Positions 45,703 to 54,671 of a stretch of DNA of 64,000 bases are shown in pieces (position 1 is the first letter of the stretch; each line of letters starts with the position of its first letter). A model generated the notes under the pieces. The model made no database searches. It was given only the letters and a program-made list of their open reading frames with translations, and was not told the DNA's origin. Origin of the DNA: a virus (Duplodnaviria > Caudoviricetes); IMG/VR virus record IMGVR_UViG_3300043427_003220, positions 64,001 through 128,000 of that record, one strand, 5' to 3'. A program made the position numbers and the translations under genes.

Positions 45703-46052
45703 TTCTTGCCTCTTTTCTTTCTCTTAGTGGCGTAATCGTCTTCTGGGTCATAATCAGCATATTTTTCATAAACGTCTATATCTTCTTCTGCTTCTTGTTC
45801 TCTATATCCCGGAGACTTGTAATCTTTTAACTTATCGTCTTTTTTAAGCTCATTTTTAGTTGGCTCTACCTTTTTAACTATTACCACTTCTGCTCCGCCG
45901 GGTACAATCCTAACCTCTTGATTTGGGAAGCGATACCTGACGTTTTCTAAGAATTCCTCTATTGTCTCGTTTTCCCTTTCCCACTTACAGTCAAAGATTT
46001 CAACAATCGTTCTGCCAGTAATACACGCATGTTGCCTGTTAAAAACCTTCAA
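45699..46052 (-). CDS. Hypothetical protein
   Basis: SD AGGAG, TTG start, overlap with next gene. Confidence 0.65.
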   Translation of the reverse strand: MKVFNRQHACITGRTIVEIFDCKWERENETIEEFLENVRYRFPNQEVRIVPGGAEVVIVKKVEPTKNELKKDDKLKDYKSPGYREQEAEEDIDVYEKYADYDPEDDYATKRKKRGKK

Positions 46053-46088
46053 TTCATTCTCCTAGTAGAAGGTTAATTTATATCTATT

Positions 46089-46358
46089 TTATTCAGGAAA
46101 CGAGCGTTTTATCCCCACATCAATAATATTAAGCACTTGTTCTTTGGTCATCTGGCCATTTTTGAGGCATTCTAAGACATGTAATAAAATACACGCCATT
46201 GCTTCATTTCTTATATTTTGGTTCTTGATAGCATTCATTCTATTGGCAAAGTCATTCGATAATAGACTCACCAAAATTGAAAGTTGGTCAACTTTTTTCT
46301 CTCTTTTTGTCTTTTTTTCATTAATATCAATTACTTTCATAAGTTGCTTTAAAAGCAT
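46089..46358 (-). CDS. Hypothetical protein
   Basis: SD AAGGAG. Confidence 0.65.
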   Translation of the reverse strand: MLLKQLMKVIDINEKKTKREKKVDQLSILVSLLSNDFANRMNAIKNQNIRNEAMACILLHVLECLKNGQMTKEQVLNIIDVGIKRSFPE

Positions 46359-46403
46359 ACTCCTTTCTTTTACAGAGCGTAAAATGGCAAAAGGCTAGTT
46401 AAT

Positions 46404-46432
46404 TTGACATTTAGCCAAGTTATGGCCATAAT
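46404..46432 (+). promoter_or_regulatory. sigma-70-type promoter for the lysis genes
   Basis: TTGACA-N17-CATAAT about 40 bp before the lysozyme start. Confidence 0.65.
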
Positions 46433-46473
46433 TCCTCCTATGGCAACTTTATAGTAATTGAAAGGACTACGCA

Positions 46474-47058
46474 ATGGAAAAGAAAATTTTAGAAGCGGCC
46501 CTTCCTTTGGTGAAGGCTTATGAAGGATGTAAGCTAAAAGCATACAAGTGCCCTGCCGATGTTTGGACTATTGGTTGGGGACAGACAGGCAAAGACATCA
46601 AAGAAGGCGTTGTGTGGACTCAGGAGCAGGCCGACGCTGCGCTGGAAAAGAGTCTGTCTGAGTTTGCCGAAGGTGTGCTGAAGTTGATTAAGGTTAGACT
46701 CAGACCAGAACAGCTCGGCGCTCTCGTTTCGTTTGCCTATAACGTCGGCTTGGGTAACCTATCTAAGTCCACTCTATTGAGGCTAGTAAACGAAGGCAAG
46801 GACACAGACGCTGTTGTTGCTCAATTCCTTGTATGGAATAAGGCCGGTGGTAAGCCGCTATTGGGGCTTTTGTACAGACGAGTCTCAGAAGCATTGATGT
46901 ATTCCACCGGAACATTCAAAAGATTTAATAACTTAGAAGAAATTAAACCCTATATGAATGTTTCTAATGAATTGTTGCCGCCAAAAGAAGAGCCTAAAAA
47001 ATCCGTTGAAAAAGTACCAACAACTTCAAAACCTAAAACACCTAAAAAGAAAGCCTAA
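46474..47058 (+). CDS. Endolysin, GH24 lysozyme
   Basis: EGCKLKAYKCPADVWTIGWGQT, ALVSFAYNVG, STLLR, GLLYRR. Confidence 0.93.
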   Translation: MEKKILEAALPLVKAYEGCKLKAYKCPADVWTIGWGQTGKDIKEGVVWTQEQADAALEKSLSEFAEGVLKLIKVRLRPEQLGALVSFAYNVGLGNLSKSTLLRLVNEGKDTDAVVAQFLVWNKAGGKPLLGLLYRRVSEALMYSTGTFKRFNNLEEIKPYMNVSNELLPPKEEPKKSVEKVPTTSKPKTPKKKA

Positions 47059-47061
47059 ACA

Positions 47062-47670
47062 ATGTTGAAAGAACTTTATGAAAAAATCCCTGTATGGGGC
47101 AAAGTTGGAGCCGTAGCGTTGGTTGCTGGATACTTTATCGGAAGAAGTGCCGTACCTGTTCATACCGAAACGACTTCAGAAACTAAAAAAGAAACAAGTG
47201 AGTCTGAAAACAATAAAAAATCTGAAACTCATACAGAAGACAAAACAAAGACATCTGAAGAATCGTCTAAAAAGACTCAAGGGCCGATTAAGATTATTAC
47301 AAGAGAGACTAAACCAGACGGTACAAAAGTAGATAAGATTATTGTTATTGGACCTAAGACAGAAGAGAAGAACAAAAAAGAGACGGATAGTACAAAGAAA
47401 GAAGATAAAAAAGACGAATCTAGCAACAAAGACAAAAAATCTTCTGAAACAACCAAGCAGACAACAGTGACGCAGCCGCTTCCTTCGTATTCAGTCGGTG
47501 CTCACATCAAAGCACCTGTAGACGAAATTACATCCAACCACTTAAAGAAAGAGTTGGACGTAACCGCTGGATATAGGGTCTATAAGGGATTGTGGATTGA
47601 GGGAGTGGTATCTACCCCAATGGACTTTAAGAAGCCAGCAGTTGGAGTGGGCTTTAGGGTTGAGTTTTAA
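47062..47670 (+). CDS. Spanin-like envelope protein
   Basis: Follows endolysin; N-terminal TM, charged linker, C-terminal amphipathic beta strands ending in Phe. Confidence 0.55.
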   Translation: MLKELYEKIPVWGKVGAVALVAGYFIGRSAVPVHTETTSETKKETSESENNKKSETHTEDKTKTSEESSKKTQGPIKIITRETKPDGTKVDKIIVIGPKTEEKNKKETDSTKKEDKKDESSNKDKKSSETTKQTTVTQPLPSYSVGAHIKAPVDEITSNHLKKELDVTAGYRVYKGLWIEGVVSTPMDFKKPAVGVGFRVEF

Positions 47671-47888
47671 CGCCTACGGCCCGGCCCACAGTCGATTTCT
47701 AGATGAGCGTCTTCAACGCCCAAATTTTGAAAAGTCATTGCAATCTGCATGGGGGTATAAAAATCCCCTGCATTCACTTTGACCTTAACTCTTTCCCCAT
47801 TGATGCGAAGAATGAGCCATGCTGAGCCGTTCTCACGGCCCATCCTTGCGTTGACTGCTTTTTGAATTTGATTAATAAGAACTTTCAT
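47667..47888 (-). CDS. Hypothetical early protein
   Basis: SD GGAGGTG; own sigma-28-type promoter. Confidence 0.75.
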   Translation of the reverse strand: MKVLINQIQKAVNARMGRENGSAWLILRINGERVKVKVNAGDFYTPMQIAMTFQNLGVEDAHLEIDCGPGRRR

Positions 47889-47909
47889 AATTCACCTCCA
47901 TTATAAGAC

Positions 47910-47936
47910 TTATCGTCACGAGTAGGAATAACTTTA
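47910..47936 (-). promoter_or_regulatory. sigma-28/FliA-type promoter
   Basis: - strand TAAA-GTTATTCCTACTCGT(15)-GACGATAA. Confidence 0.78.
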
Positions 47937-47952
47937 GGGTGTGTTTAAAAAA

Positions 47953-48333
47953 TCACAAACCCTCTAATAATTCAGGGAAATCTGCAGTGCGTAAGATGCG
48001 GTCTTTGATGGCCGGGTACTTTTTGACTGCTGCAGCATAAGCCCTACGGTAGATGAATTTATGGTAAGGTACAATGATTTTGTTAAGAAGTTGCATGACG
48101 GGACGACCGTACCTCAAATCCAAGCCATACAACCATTTCGGCCAATGAACATAAACATGACCGGGATTGAGCAGACTGAAGAACCCATAGTAGCCAAGAC
48201 TGCAGTAGACTCTGACCGTGCCAAACTTCTCTTTGCTTTGCCTAACGGGTATGCGACCATAGTGAACGAGGTGCCGGTGAATAAACCAAGCTGCATTGTT
48301 GCAGGCGACTTCAATGCGTTCTTCAATAGCCAT
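47953..48333 (-). CDS. Phage hypothetical protein (QxKEKFGxxRxY family)
   Basis: QSKEKFGTVRVY motif common in phage small proteins. Confidence 0.72.
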   Translation of the reverse strand: MAIEERIEVACNNAAWFIHRHLVHYGRIPVRQSKEKFGTVRVYCSLGYYGFFSLLNPGHVYVHWPKWLYGLDLRYGRPVMQLLNKIIVPYHKFIYRRAYAAAVKKYPAIKDRILRTADFPELLEGL

Positions 48334-48661
48334 GATGGCCCTCCGGCTCTACTAGTACGGCACGGACTCTGCCCAAGGCATTAGAATAACTATTAAAGAT
48401 AAGACTATCTTCAGGGTTAAAAAACCACGCATAAGAAGGGTTATCGGAGTAAACTGTAGAAGTCCAGTAAGCACCATTCCGGCAACTCTTTCTAAACTCT
48501 TCCTTATAGTCCCACAAGTCACACCATTCACCCCTAGTCAAGAGACGTAGGCCGCGTGTCTTTGCCCATTCCATCGCCTCATCGTAAGTCATTGCTTCTT
48601 CGGGCTCGAAGTAAGTGAAGCCGTCGATGGTCATGTAACTGAAATTGGAAACTGCTTTCAT
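48323..48661 (-). CDS. DUF1566/Lcl-like C-type-lectin-fold protein
   Basis: MTYDEA..RLLT..E..YWTST..AW..RVRAV. Confidence 0.75.
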   Translation of the reverse strand: MKAVSNFSYMTIDGFTYFEPEEAMTYDEAMEWAKTRGLRLLTRGEWCDLWDYKEEFRKSCRNGAYWTSTVYSDNPSYAWFFNPEDSLIFNSYSNALGRVRAVLVEPEGHHGY

Positions 48662-49083
48662 TGCTTATCTCCATTCTGTCTGTTTTGTCCGTGATAGTCG
48701 CCCATAGCAAAAAAAACATTCGCCACCCAACCGACGTCGTCAGGGAAGGATGTGACGTATTCAGACAAAACAATCAAATCTTCAATATAATTACCAAGTT
48801 CGTCATGCTTGCCGTGAGTTAACGGAATCCTGCCGGTTTCCAAAATATGCAACGCAGAGCGGCCACTGCGCTCTTCTTTTTCAATCATCTCAACGACTTG
48901 ACATAATCTTTTAAGACCATTGTCGGAATAAACGACTCTATCAAATTTTTCCATTTCTAAGATAGACCTTTCTTCTATGCTTAAAAGAGCGGCAAGTCTG
49001 CTGCGGTTAATATTTAAAGTCTTTAGTAAGTAATCTATTTGGTCTTTTTCATAGTGGCCCATTACTGCTGTCCTTTTGTTCAC
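48658..49083 (-). CDS. HTH (Xre-like) DNA-binding protein
   Basis: LNINRSRLAALLSIEERSILEME. Confidence 0.6.
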   Translation of the reverse strand: MNKRTAVMGHYEKDQIDYLLKTLNINRSRLAALLSIEERSILEMEKFDRVVYSDNGLKRLCQVVEMIEKEERSGRSALHILETGRIPLTHGKHDELGNYIEDLIVLSEYVTSFPDDVGWVANVFFAMGDYHGQNRQNGDKQ

Positions 49084-49267
49084 CTCGTTCTATTTCCAGT
49101 TCCTCCACCGAGTACCATTGGGAATAACTTTTGCATTGATGCTTATCTGCCTCTGCATCCATCTCGTCCTGCATAATTCTGAGACGCTCTTCCGCCTTCT
49201 CTCGGTCAAGGAATGCCGTGGGATGGGAAATGTGGTCACCGTCGAAGCAGATAATGTAGACTTTCAT
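49049..49267 (-). CDS. Small protein family A, copy 1
   Basis: MKVYIICFDG..AFLDREKAE..YSVEELE. Confidence 0.8.
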   Translation of the reverse strand: MKVYIICFDGDHISHPTAFLDREKAEERLRIMQDEMDAEADKHQCKSYSQWYSVEELEIERGEQKDSSNGPL

Positions 49268-49309
49268 GTCGGCTCTCCAGTGTTCTTAATTCTTTGGATA
49301 ACTCGGTGT

Positions 49310-49513
49310 TCATTCCTCGTCCTCCCACTCGTAGACAATCCTTTTGTTAGGCTCGGCATAGGCTGTCGGTGCGTATTTGATGCGCTTCGGCGGCTGCATT
49401 CCTTGGCTTTCGAGGAAGACAATAATTATTTCTGCGTATGACCTGTCTTCTCTATATCCCTGCTCTTCACTGAGAAAGCATGTTAAGCGTTCAATCATCT
49501 CGCTGCGTTTCAT
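49310..49513 (-). CDS. Small protein family B, copy 1
   Basis: MKRSEM..LESQGMQPP..WEDE. Confidence 0.8.
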   Translation of the reverse strand: MKRSEMIERLTCFLSEEQGYREDRSYAEIIIVFLESQGMQPPKRIKYAPTAYAEPNKRIVYEWEDEE

Positions 49514-49704
49514 GTTTCACCTCGTTCCATCTCCAATTCTTCCACCGAGTACCAGTGCGAGTAACTCTTGCATTGATGTTTATCTGCCTCCGCATCCATC
49601 TCGTCTTGCATAATTCGGAGACGCTCCTCTGCCTTCTCTCGGTCAAGGAATGCCGTGTGATAGGAGATGTGGCTACCGTCGAAACAGATTATGTAGACTT
49701 TCAT
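49510..49704 (-). CDS. Small protein family A, copy 2
   Basis: About 89 percent nt identity to 49049..49267 (hand count). Confidence 0.8.
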   Translation of the reverse strand: MKVYIICFDGSHISYHTAFLDREKAEERLRIMQDEMDAEADKHQCKSYSHWYSVEELEMERGET

Positions 49705-49707
49705 ATT

Positions 49708-49917
49708 TCACTCCTCTGGTTCCCATATGTCGGTGGGTTGTATACCGAGCGGTTCGTCTTTTTCTACAATTACTTTCACGGGCTGTGGTAAAGGTGGCCG
49801 CATACCTTGGCTTTCAAGAAGTCTTAATATTAGGTCGGCCATTTCGTCCGGTTCACCCTTCCAATCGTGATACTCAAGAGCGTCGGCCAAAAGTTTGACC
49901 ATTTCACTTCGTCTCAT
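49708..49917 (-). CDS. Small protein family B, copy 2
   Basis: MRRSEM..LESQGMRPP..WEPE. Confidence 0.8.
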   Translation of the reverse strand: MRRSEMVKLLADALEYHDWKGEPDEMADLILRLLESQGMRPPLPQPVKVIVEKDEPLGIQPTDIWEPEE

Positions 49918-50170
49918 GTTCTGGCTCCCACTTGTTTACCTTAATTTTGCGATATGCTTTTGAAAGTATTAAATTTTCATCTACTTTTACGTAGGTTTCA
50001 TACGCTGGCGGCTGCATTCCTTGCTCTTCAATCAAAGAGATTAGCTCATCTGCGAGAAAATGAGCAAACGCCCATATTTCATAGTCTGTAGTATCGGACG
50101 CATAATGATTTTCTCTGATACGCATTGCGATTCTGTCTTTAATTTTCTGCTGTAAATCACTGCGTTTCAT
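49904..50170 (-). CDS. Small protein family B, copy 3
   Basis: MKRSD..IEEQGMQPP..WEPE. Confidence 0.8.
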   Translation of the reverse strand: MKRSDLQQKIKDRIAMRIRENHYASDTTDYEIWAFAHFLADELISLIEEQGMQPPAYETYVKVDENLILSKAYRKIKVNKWEPEHETK

Positions 50171-50173
50171 ATT

Positions 50174-50374
50174 TCACTCCTCTGGAATATAGACTACGCA
50201 AAGATGAAATGTAGAAGGATTTTCGTCATAGTATTTACTAGTCATTTCATTTGTATACCGATCTTTAATCTCACTGAGGAGCATCATGGCTTTCTCATAG
50301 TCCTCAAAAACCTTTCCATGACCAACGACGTGTGAGCCATCTGAGAATTTTCGGACAATAACATAAAGTTTCAT
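50174..50374 (-). CDS. Small protein, distant family A member
   Basis: SD AAGGAG; MKLYVIV..VFEDYEKA. Confidence 0.7.
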   Translation of the reverse strand: MKLYVIVRKFSDGSHVVGHGKVFEDYEKAMMLLSEIKDRYTNEMTSKYYDENPSTFHLCVVYIPEE

Positions 50375-50400
50375 TTGCCGCACTCCTTCAAAGCGACTCA

Positions 50401-50445
50401 ATAAAAAAATGTTATTAATATTCTTAAGAGCACTAATAACATTTT
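50401..50445 (-). terminator. AT-rich hairpin/terminator
   Basis: AAAATGTTATTA...TAATAACATTTT with T run on - strand. Confidence 0.55.
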
Positions 50446-50457
50446 GTAAAAAAACGC

Positions 50458-50736
50458 TTAAGAAACAACTGCACTATCGTCTTCTTGATTGTCTGGGTGC
50501 GACGAATGCTTATCGCCGGGCTTTATTTCAATATAAACTCTATGGGCAGAATATCTGGAATCGGTTGGACCAATTAAATCTTTGATTCGCCACAACAATC
50601 CAGCAAAAGCTTCTGCTGAGTTTTTTTCATATAAATACCCATCTTCCCTTTCCTGAAAGACGTATTTTTGTACCATTTCTGGATCGCTCTCATCCGTAAG
50701 CAGCCATCCGTTTTGAACAACTTCGATCTTAAGCAT
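50458..50736 (-). CDS. Hypothetical protein
   Basis: MLKIEVVQNGWLL; operon context. Confidence 0.72.
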   Translation of the reverse strand: MLKIEVVQNGWLLTDESDPEMVQKYVFQEREDGYLYEKNSAEAFAGLLWRIKDLIGPTDSRYSAHRVYIEIKPGDKHSSHPDNQEDDSAVVS

Positions 50737-50739
50737 AAT

Positions 50740-51117
50740 TTACCCCTGCTCTTCTGATTTTTTCTTTTCAGACAAAACAAACGCCGCCATTTGAATGGTT
50801 GCCTTGTAGGGAGCAATAGCTTCTTTAAGGCCACTTTCTAGTAGCTTCTTAGCTTCTACAGCTCTTTGATACTCTTCATGAGCTTCTAGTTCTTCCTCGC
50901 CGCGCTGTACTTGAACAGCGGCATTAGCAATAAGCTCTTCTAGCTCCTGCTGAGACATCTTGAGGACTTCTTGAATACGGTCGTAAGACATAAACTTAGC
51001 GACCTTACTGTGGAGTTTTTTTGGTACTCCGTATTCTTCAAGCATTCCCTTTTTTTCTTTAGAAGAGACATCATCTGTAACTGAATCATTTGAATTAATT
51101 TTCTTTAGTCTGGCCAT
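50740..51117 (-). CDS. Hypothetical coiled-coil protein
   Basis: SD AGGAG. Confidence 0.75.
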   Translation of the reverse strand: MARLKKINSNDSVTDDVSSKEKKGMLEEYGVPKKLHSKVAKFMSYDRIQEVLKMSQQELEELIANAAVQVQRGEEELEAHEEYQRAVEAKKLLESGLKEAIAPYKATIQMAAFVLSEKKKSEEQG

Positions 51118-51129
51118 ATAAAACTCCTA

Positions 51130-51648
51130 TTAATAAAGTAGTGCGTCGTCTTCGGAATCGGGCAATACGGTATCTTCATAAATTGGTTGCTTTCTTACAG
51201 CTCTAACAGCCTGTTGAGGCTGAGGTGCTGGCTTTCTCTGTTGCTGTTGCTGCTGCTGCTGTTGAGGTTGCTGGGGTCGTTGCTGACCGCCCACAACTTG
51301 GCGAACGGACTGTACAAGAGCTTGTTGTAGTTTAATGCAGGACTCAACAATCTCGTCTACCTTCTCTTGAGCCACTGTCAACTCTTCATCTACAATCTCG
51401 TTGCCCATTAACGTCTCAATGCGTCTCTCGGCAGCCTCAACAAAGATTTGATGAATAGCTTCCCCTTGAGGCATAGCTAAAAATGCTTTTTTAATAGATT
51501 CTGACTCAACCGCTTCAATGAGTTGATTAGCCAACTTGACCTTTTGTAGCGTTGTCATTCGTTTGGGTGCAGTAGCTACAGGCGGCAGCTCTACTGGCTC
51601 TGCGCTCATTTGTCCCTCCTTTTTAGTCTGCGACTTCCTCGTAGCCAT
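51130..51648 (-). CDS. Hypothetical protein with Gln-rich tract
   Basis: PQQPQQQQQQQQQ; operon context. Confidence 0.75.
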   Translation of the reverse strand: MATRKSQTKKEGQMSAEPVELPPVATAPKRMTTLQKVKLANQLIEAVESESIKKAFLAMPQGEAIHQIFVEAAERRIETLMGNEIVDEELTVAQEKVDEIVESCIKLQQALVQSVRQVVGGQQRPQQPQQQQQQQQQRKPAPQPQQAVRAVRKQPIYEDTVLPDSEDDALLY

Positions 51649-51982
51649 TTATCTCCGACCCCCATGTTTCTGTAGCATCTCTAATCTCTTGCAAAAGCGT
51701 CTTACTAAACTCTTTTAGAGTTTTAGAGCCTCTGTCGCACGAGAACAGAATACTCTTTATTTTTGCAAAAAACAAGTAATGAATACGTTTTTTTGGTATT
51801 CGCCCTAGCACATGTCCATACACTTCAATATCCTCTTCAAAACCTAGCTCATCCAACGTATCCAGCGCAGCCTTTTCAATTTTTGCATGGGGAAATACGC
51901 TGGTTTTAAACGGCGTATACGCAATTTCTGCAGCGGTCGTTAGGCACGTTGTGGCGGCAGACTTGTCTCCCCTCATGGTCAA
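51623..51982 (-). CDS. Hypothetical protein
   Basis: Coupled to recA-like gene. Confidence 0.65.
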   Translation of the reverse strand: MTMRGDKSAATTCLTTAAEIAYTPFKTSVFPHAKIEKAALDTLDELGFEEDIEVYGHVLGRIPKKRIHYLFFAKIKSILFSCDRGSKTLKEFSKTLLQEIRDATETWGSEINGYEEVAD

Positions 51983-53124
51983 TCCTCAAGGTCAATATTA
52001 ACTGTTTCGTTTTCTGAAAGCTTCATTGAAGCTGTCATACACTGACGCTCAACCGCTTGGTATGCTGGAGAATCAGGAACCAACGAATCTTCTGTCTTTT
52101 CTTGGCCATGAAACTTATATTCCACGCCCTTTTCGTCCTTGTATGCCCACCAATGAAGACTAGGCTTACCTGAATCTCCCGTTGGGTGGTACACGACTCC
52201 TAGCTTCTTGGCCAAGTTAAACAGCGACCTGTTTTTGTTGACAATCTGACAAGTTTCCATATTGACCTGAAACTCAACAACGCGGCCCTCAACAGTGTTA
52301 CGACTCTTGAGAACACGGGCGCGGATTGTTTTACCAACTTTGACAGCATCTTTATCGCTGTTCTCAATGGTATTATTATCAGCAGTCAAGCCAGCATCCT
52401 TGCGCTCTACTGACTCCATCAAAAGCATGAGGTCAGCTTGGTGCTTAAGCTTCTGTCCGCCTGTAACAATCCATTTTTTAGGGCCGCTTGGGTCTGCAGC
52501 CATATCCTGAATAGCGTGTTGAATAAGAAAGCAAGCTACTTTGTTCTCAGCAGAGATGCGAGTCATAGCCTTAACGAGAGGGCCCATGACTTTAGCCATA
52601 CCGCCAAACTTATTGCCTGCTTGCTCGATTTCGCCTTCTTTAATCTTCTTTTCATCGTACGCAGCGGTGGCACCGCCAAGCGAGTCTACACCAATTGCGC
52701 AAAGACTGTTAGGAGACTCTTTAACACCCTCTTCGAGCATAGAAAGCTTGGCAAATACCTTGTCTGGTTCGTTAGAGCTAATAATCAATAGACGATTGAG
52801 GTCAATACCAAACTGAGCAAGACGACGTACACGGTCAGGCTTGTTGTGTAGATAGTATTCGATGTCAAAGATTACAGCGCCCGCTTCTGGATTAGCCTTC
52901 ATAAGTTGACCAATCCAATAATACATTAGAAAGGACTTGCAGGCCCCAGGAACACCGGCAAGAATGGTAATACGGTCTGTGGGGATTTTGCCCGTGCCCC
53001 AGTTAAGTGCAGGGTCACCTGCGTCAAAGTTAGTTTTATCTTCCTGAGACGCGAGGTTGGCTGCCATTACTGCATAATCAAGGTCGCGGGTCAATTTAGA
53101 AAAATAACTTGGAAGCTTAGCCAT
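51979..53124 (-). CDS. uvsX: RecA/UvsX-like recombinase
   Basis: LAGVPGACKS Walker A variant, IFDIE, GVDSLG, VTGGQKLKH, KSR. Confidence 0.85.
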   Translation of the reverse strand: MAKLPSYFSKLTRDLDYAVMAANLASQEDKTNFDAGDPALNWGTGKIPTDRITILAGVPGACKSFLMYYWIGQLMKANPEAGAVIFDIEYYLHNKPDRVRRLAQFGIDLNRLLIISSNEPDKVFAKLSMLEEGVKESPNSLCAIGVDSLGGATAAYDEKKIKEGEIEQAGNKFGGMAKVMGPLVKAMTRISAENKVACFLIQHAIQDMAADPSGPKKWIVTGGQKLKHQADLMLLMESVERKDAGLTADNNTIENSDKDAVKVGKTIRARVLKSRNTVEGRVVEFQVNMETCQIVNKNRSLFNLAKKLGVVYHPTGDSGKPSLHWWAYKDEKGVEYKFHGQEKTEDSLVPDSPAYQAVERQCMTASMKLSENETVNIDLED

Positions 53125-53161
53125 AATAACCTCCTACAAAATAAAAAAGGGAAAGTCTCAG

Positions 53162-54094
53162 TTATTCTGAGACTTTGAATCCCATTGCCTCGTCAATCAT
53201 CTTACGAGCTTCTGCTTTATAATCAAGAATTTTTGTAAGTTGTTTTTGCAAACTTAGTTCTTGCGCAGGAGTTAGTGTGCCATTACGTGCAATTTCAACC
53301 GATTTTGGCTCAGTTATCAGCGGACACTTTGACCAAGTTATATTAAGGCGAACATAACCGCCGAATAGAGAAAGAGTTTGTTTTTCTTCTTTGTTTACCA
53401 AATCCGGTGTACAAACGGCTTGAGCAACGCGGTCGGCGGCCTTTGCCTTGACAGCATCGCGGCCAAATAGCCAATAATCATCTCTTACAAGTTGTTTAAA
53501 TCTTTCTACTGGCAATTCCATGCGTTTTGCTTGTGCAGCATCAATTGCATTGGTCATTTGCTTCAAAAATTCAACAAACGCAATTGCATTTGGCTGAGGT
53601 TGGAACCTTAGTCCAAAAGAGGGAACATGTTGCATCAAAATAGATGATTCGAGAACCACGCGCTCATCGCAAGCTTGAAGGATAACAAATGACATCGAAG
53701 CAGAAAAGTCTGTTACACAAACTACTTTTTTATTAACAGAACGAATTGCCTGTACAAGCTGTACGCCATCCATTACTGAACCACCGGGGGAGCTAAGAAA
53801 CAAATTAACCGTATCCCCTTGAGCGGTCATCAAAGCAGAGATAGCTTTTGACACGCTGGTTCCGTCAACCTCGCCACGTAGTACGATTGTATTATCAGAA
53901 AGCACAATAGAATTTTTACTAGAAGTAAGCTTTTGTTGGCATTCAAGGCTTTGGCAAGTAACATCGCTGCTATTATTTTTTTGCGACAAAATTGGCTTAG
54001 AACTATTGTTTGAAAACTCAGAAGCTGAGGCTGACCCAACTGTTGTCAAAGCTAGAATAGACAATGGAATAGAAAGAAAAGACTTAAAAAACAC
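53162..54094 (-). CDS. ClpP-like (S14) protease with N-terminal signal peptide
   Basis: GGAGG + GTG start; ..LSILALTTVGSASA signal; LSSPGGSV, SASMS, LMQH, DYWL..AV..AD. Confidence 0.82.
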   Translation of the reverse strand: MFFKSFLSIPLSILALTTVGSASASEFSNNSSKPILSQKNNSSDVTCQSLECQQKLTSSKNSIVLSDNTIVLRGEVDGTSVSKAISALMTAQGDTVNLFLSSPGGSVMDGVQLVQAIRSVNKKVVCVTDFSASMSFVILQACDERVVLESSILMQHVPSFGLRFQPQPNAIAFVEFLKQMTNAIDAAQAKRMELPVERFKQLVRDDYWLFGRDAVKAKAADRVAQAVCTPDLVNKEEKQTLSLFGGYVRLNITWSKCPLITEPKSVEIARNGTLTPAQELSLQKQLTKILDYKAEARKMIDEAMGFKVSE

Positions 54095-54150
54095 AAAACC
54101 TCCAATCGTATTAACAGCATAAGACAACACCATTGTTTCTTATGAAATTA

Positions 54151-54630
54151 TTAAACCATATTTCCTGACATTTGTCTAGTCTCATTAAAACCATATCTTG
54201 AAGCTTTAATGCTAGACTGAGCCATAATGAGATTCATCTTAATCAAATTAAGTTGTTCCAGCATGGCTTCGTACATTGCTTCGCGTTGTTGAGCTGTTTG
54301 AACATCTGTGTCAAGGTTGACAAAGTGTTCGCGTAAGTCAGCAGTAGGCTTGGCAATATTCATTTGTTGGCAGTATTCTGGAAACCGCTCTAGGGCGGCG
54401 AGAGCCTTAGAGCGCTTAACCTCGGAACGCGCCATATTAAAACTATAGGTAACTGACCCCAAGTAACCACTTAAGAGACTCATACCCTCAGACAGAGCGG
54501 AAATGGCCCTGTTGGCATCGTAGTCTGTCTTCAGTTCATGGATATTTGACGCGATGACAAGATAGTTTTTAAGAGTGTCAATGTACTCAGGAATTACATC
54601 TTGAGAATCAACGCGCTTAACTTCTTTCAT
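54151..54630 (-). CDS. UvsY-like recombination mediator (tentative)
   Basis: All-helical, PTADLREHFVNLD; lies between SSB and UvsX-like genes. Confidence 0.5.
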   Translation of the reverse strand: MKEVKRVDSQDVIPEYIDTLKNYLVIASNIHELKTDYDANRAISALSEGMSLLSGYLGSVTYSFNMARSEVKRSKALAALERFPEYCQQMNIAKPTADLREHFVNLDTDVQTAQQREAMYEAMLEQLNLIKMNLIMAQSSIKASRYGFNETRQMSGNMV

Positions 54631-54671
54631 GACTTCCCCCCTAGCCTTCCGTGTTTAAGAGTGTTCCGGCA

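Noticed and set aside
51220-51290. CAG/CAA triplet run as a contingency locus
   Set aside because: Short, mixed-codon poly-Gln linker; slippage would stay in frame
52930-52960. Non-canonical Walker A (GVPGACKS) as a sign of a dead recombinase
   Set aside because: UvsX-type recombinases tolerate a non-Gly residue before the Lys; other motifs are intact
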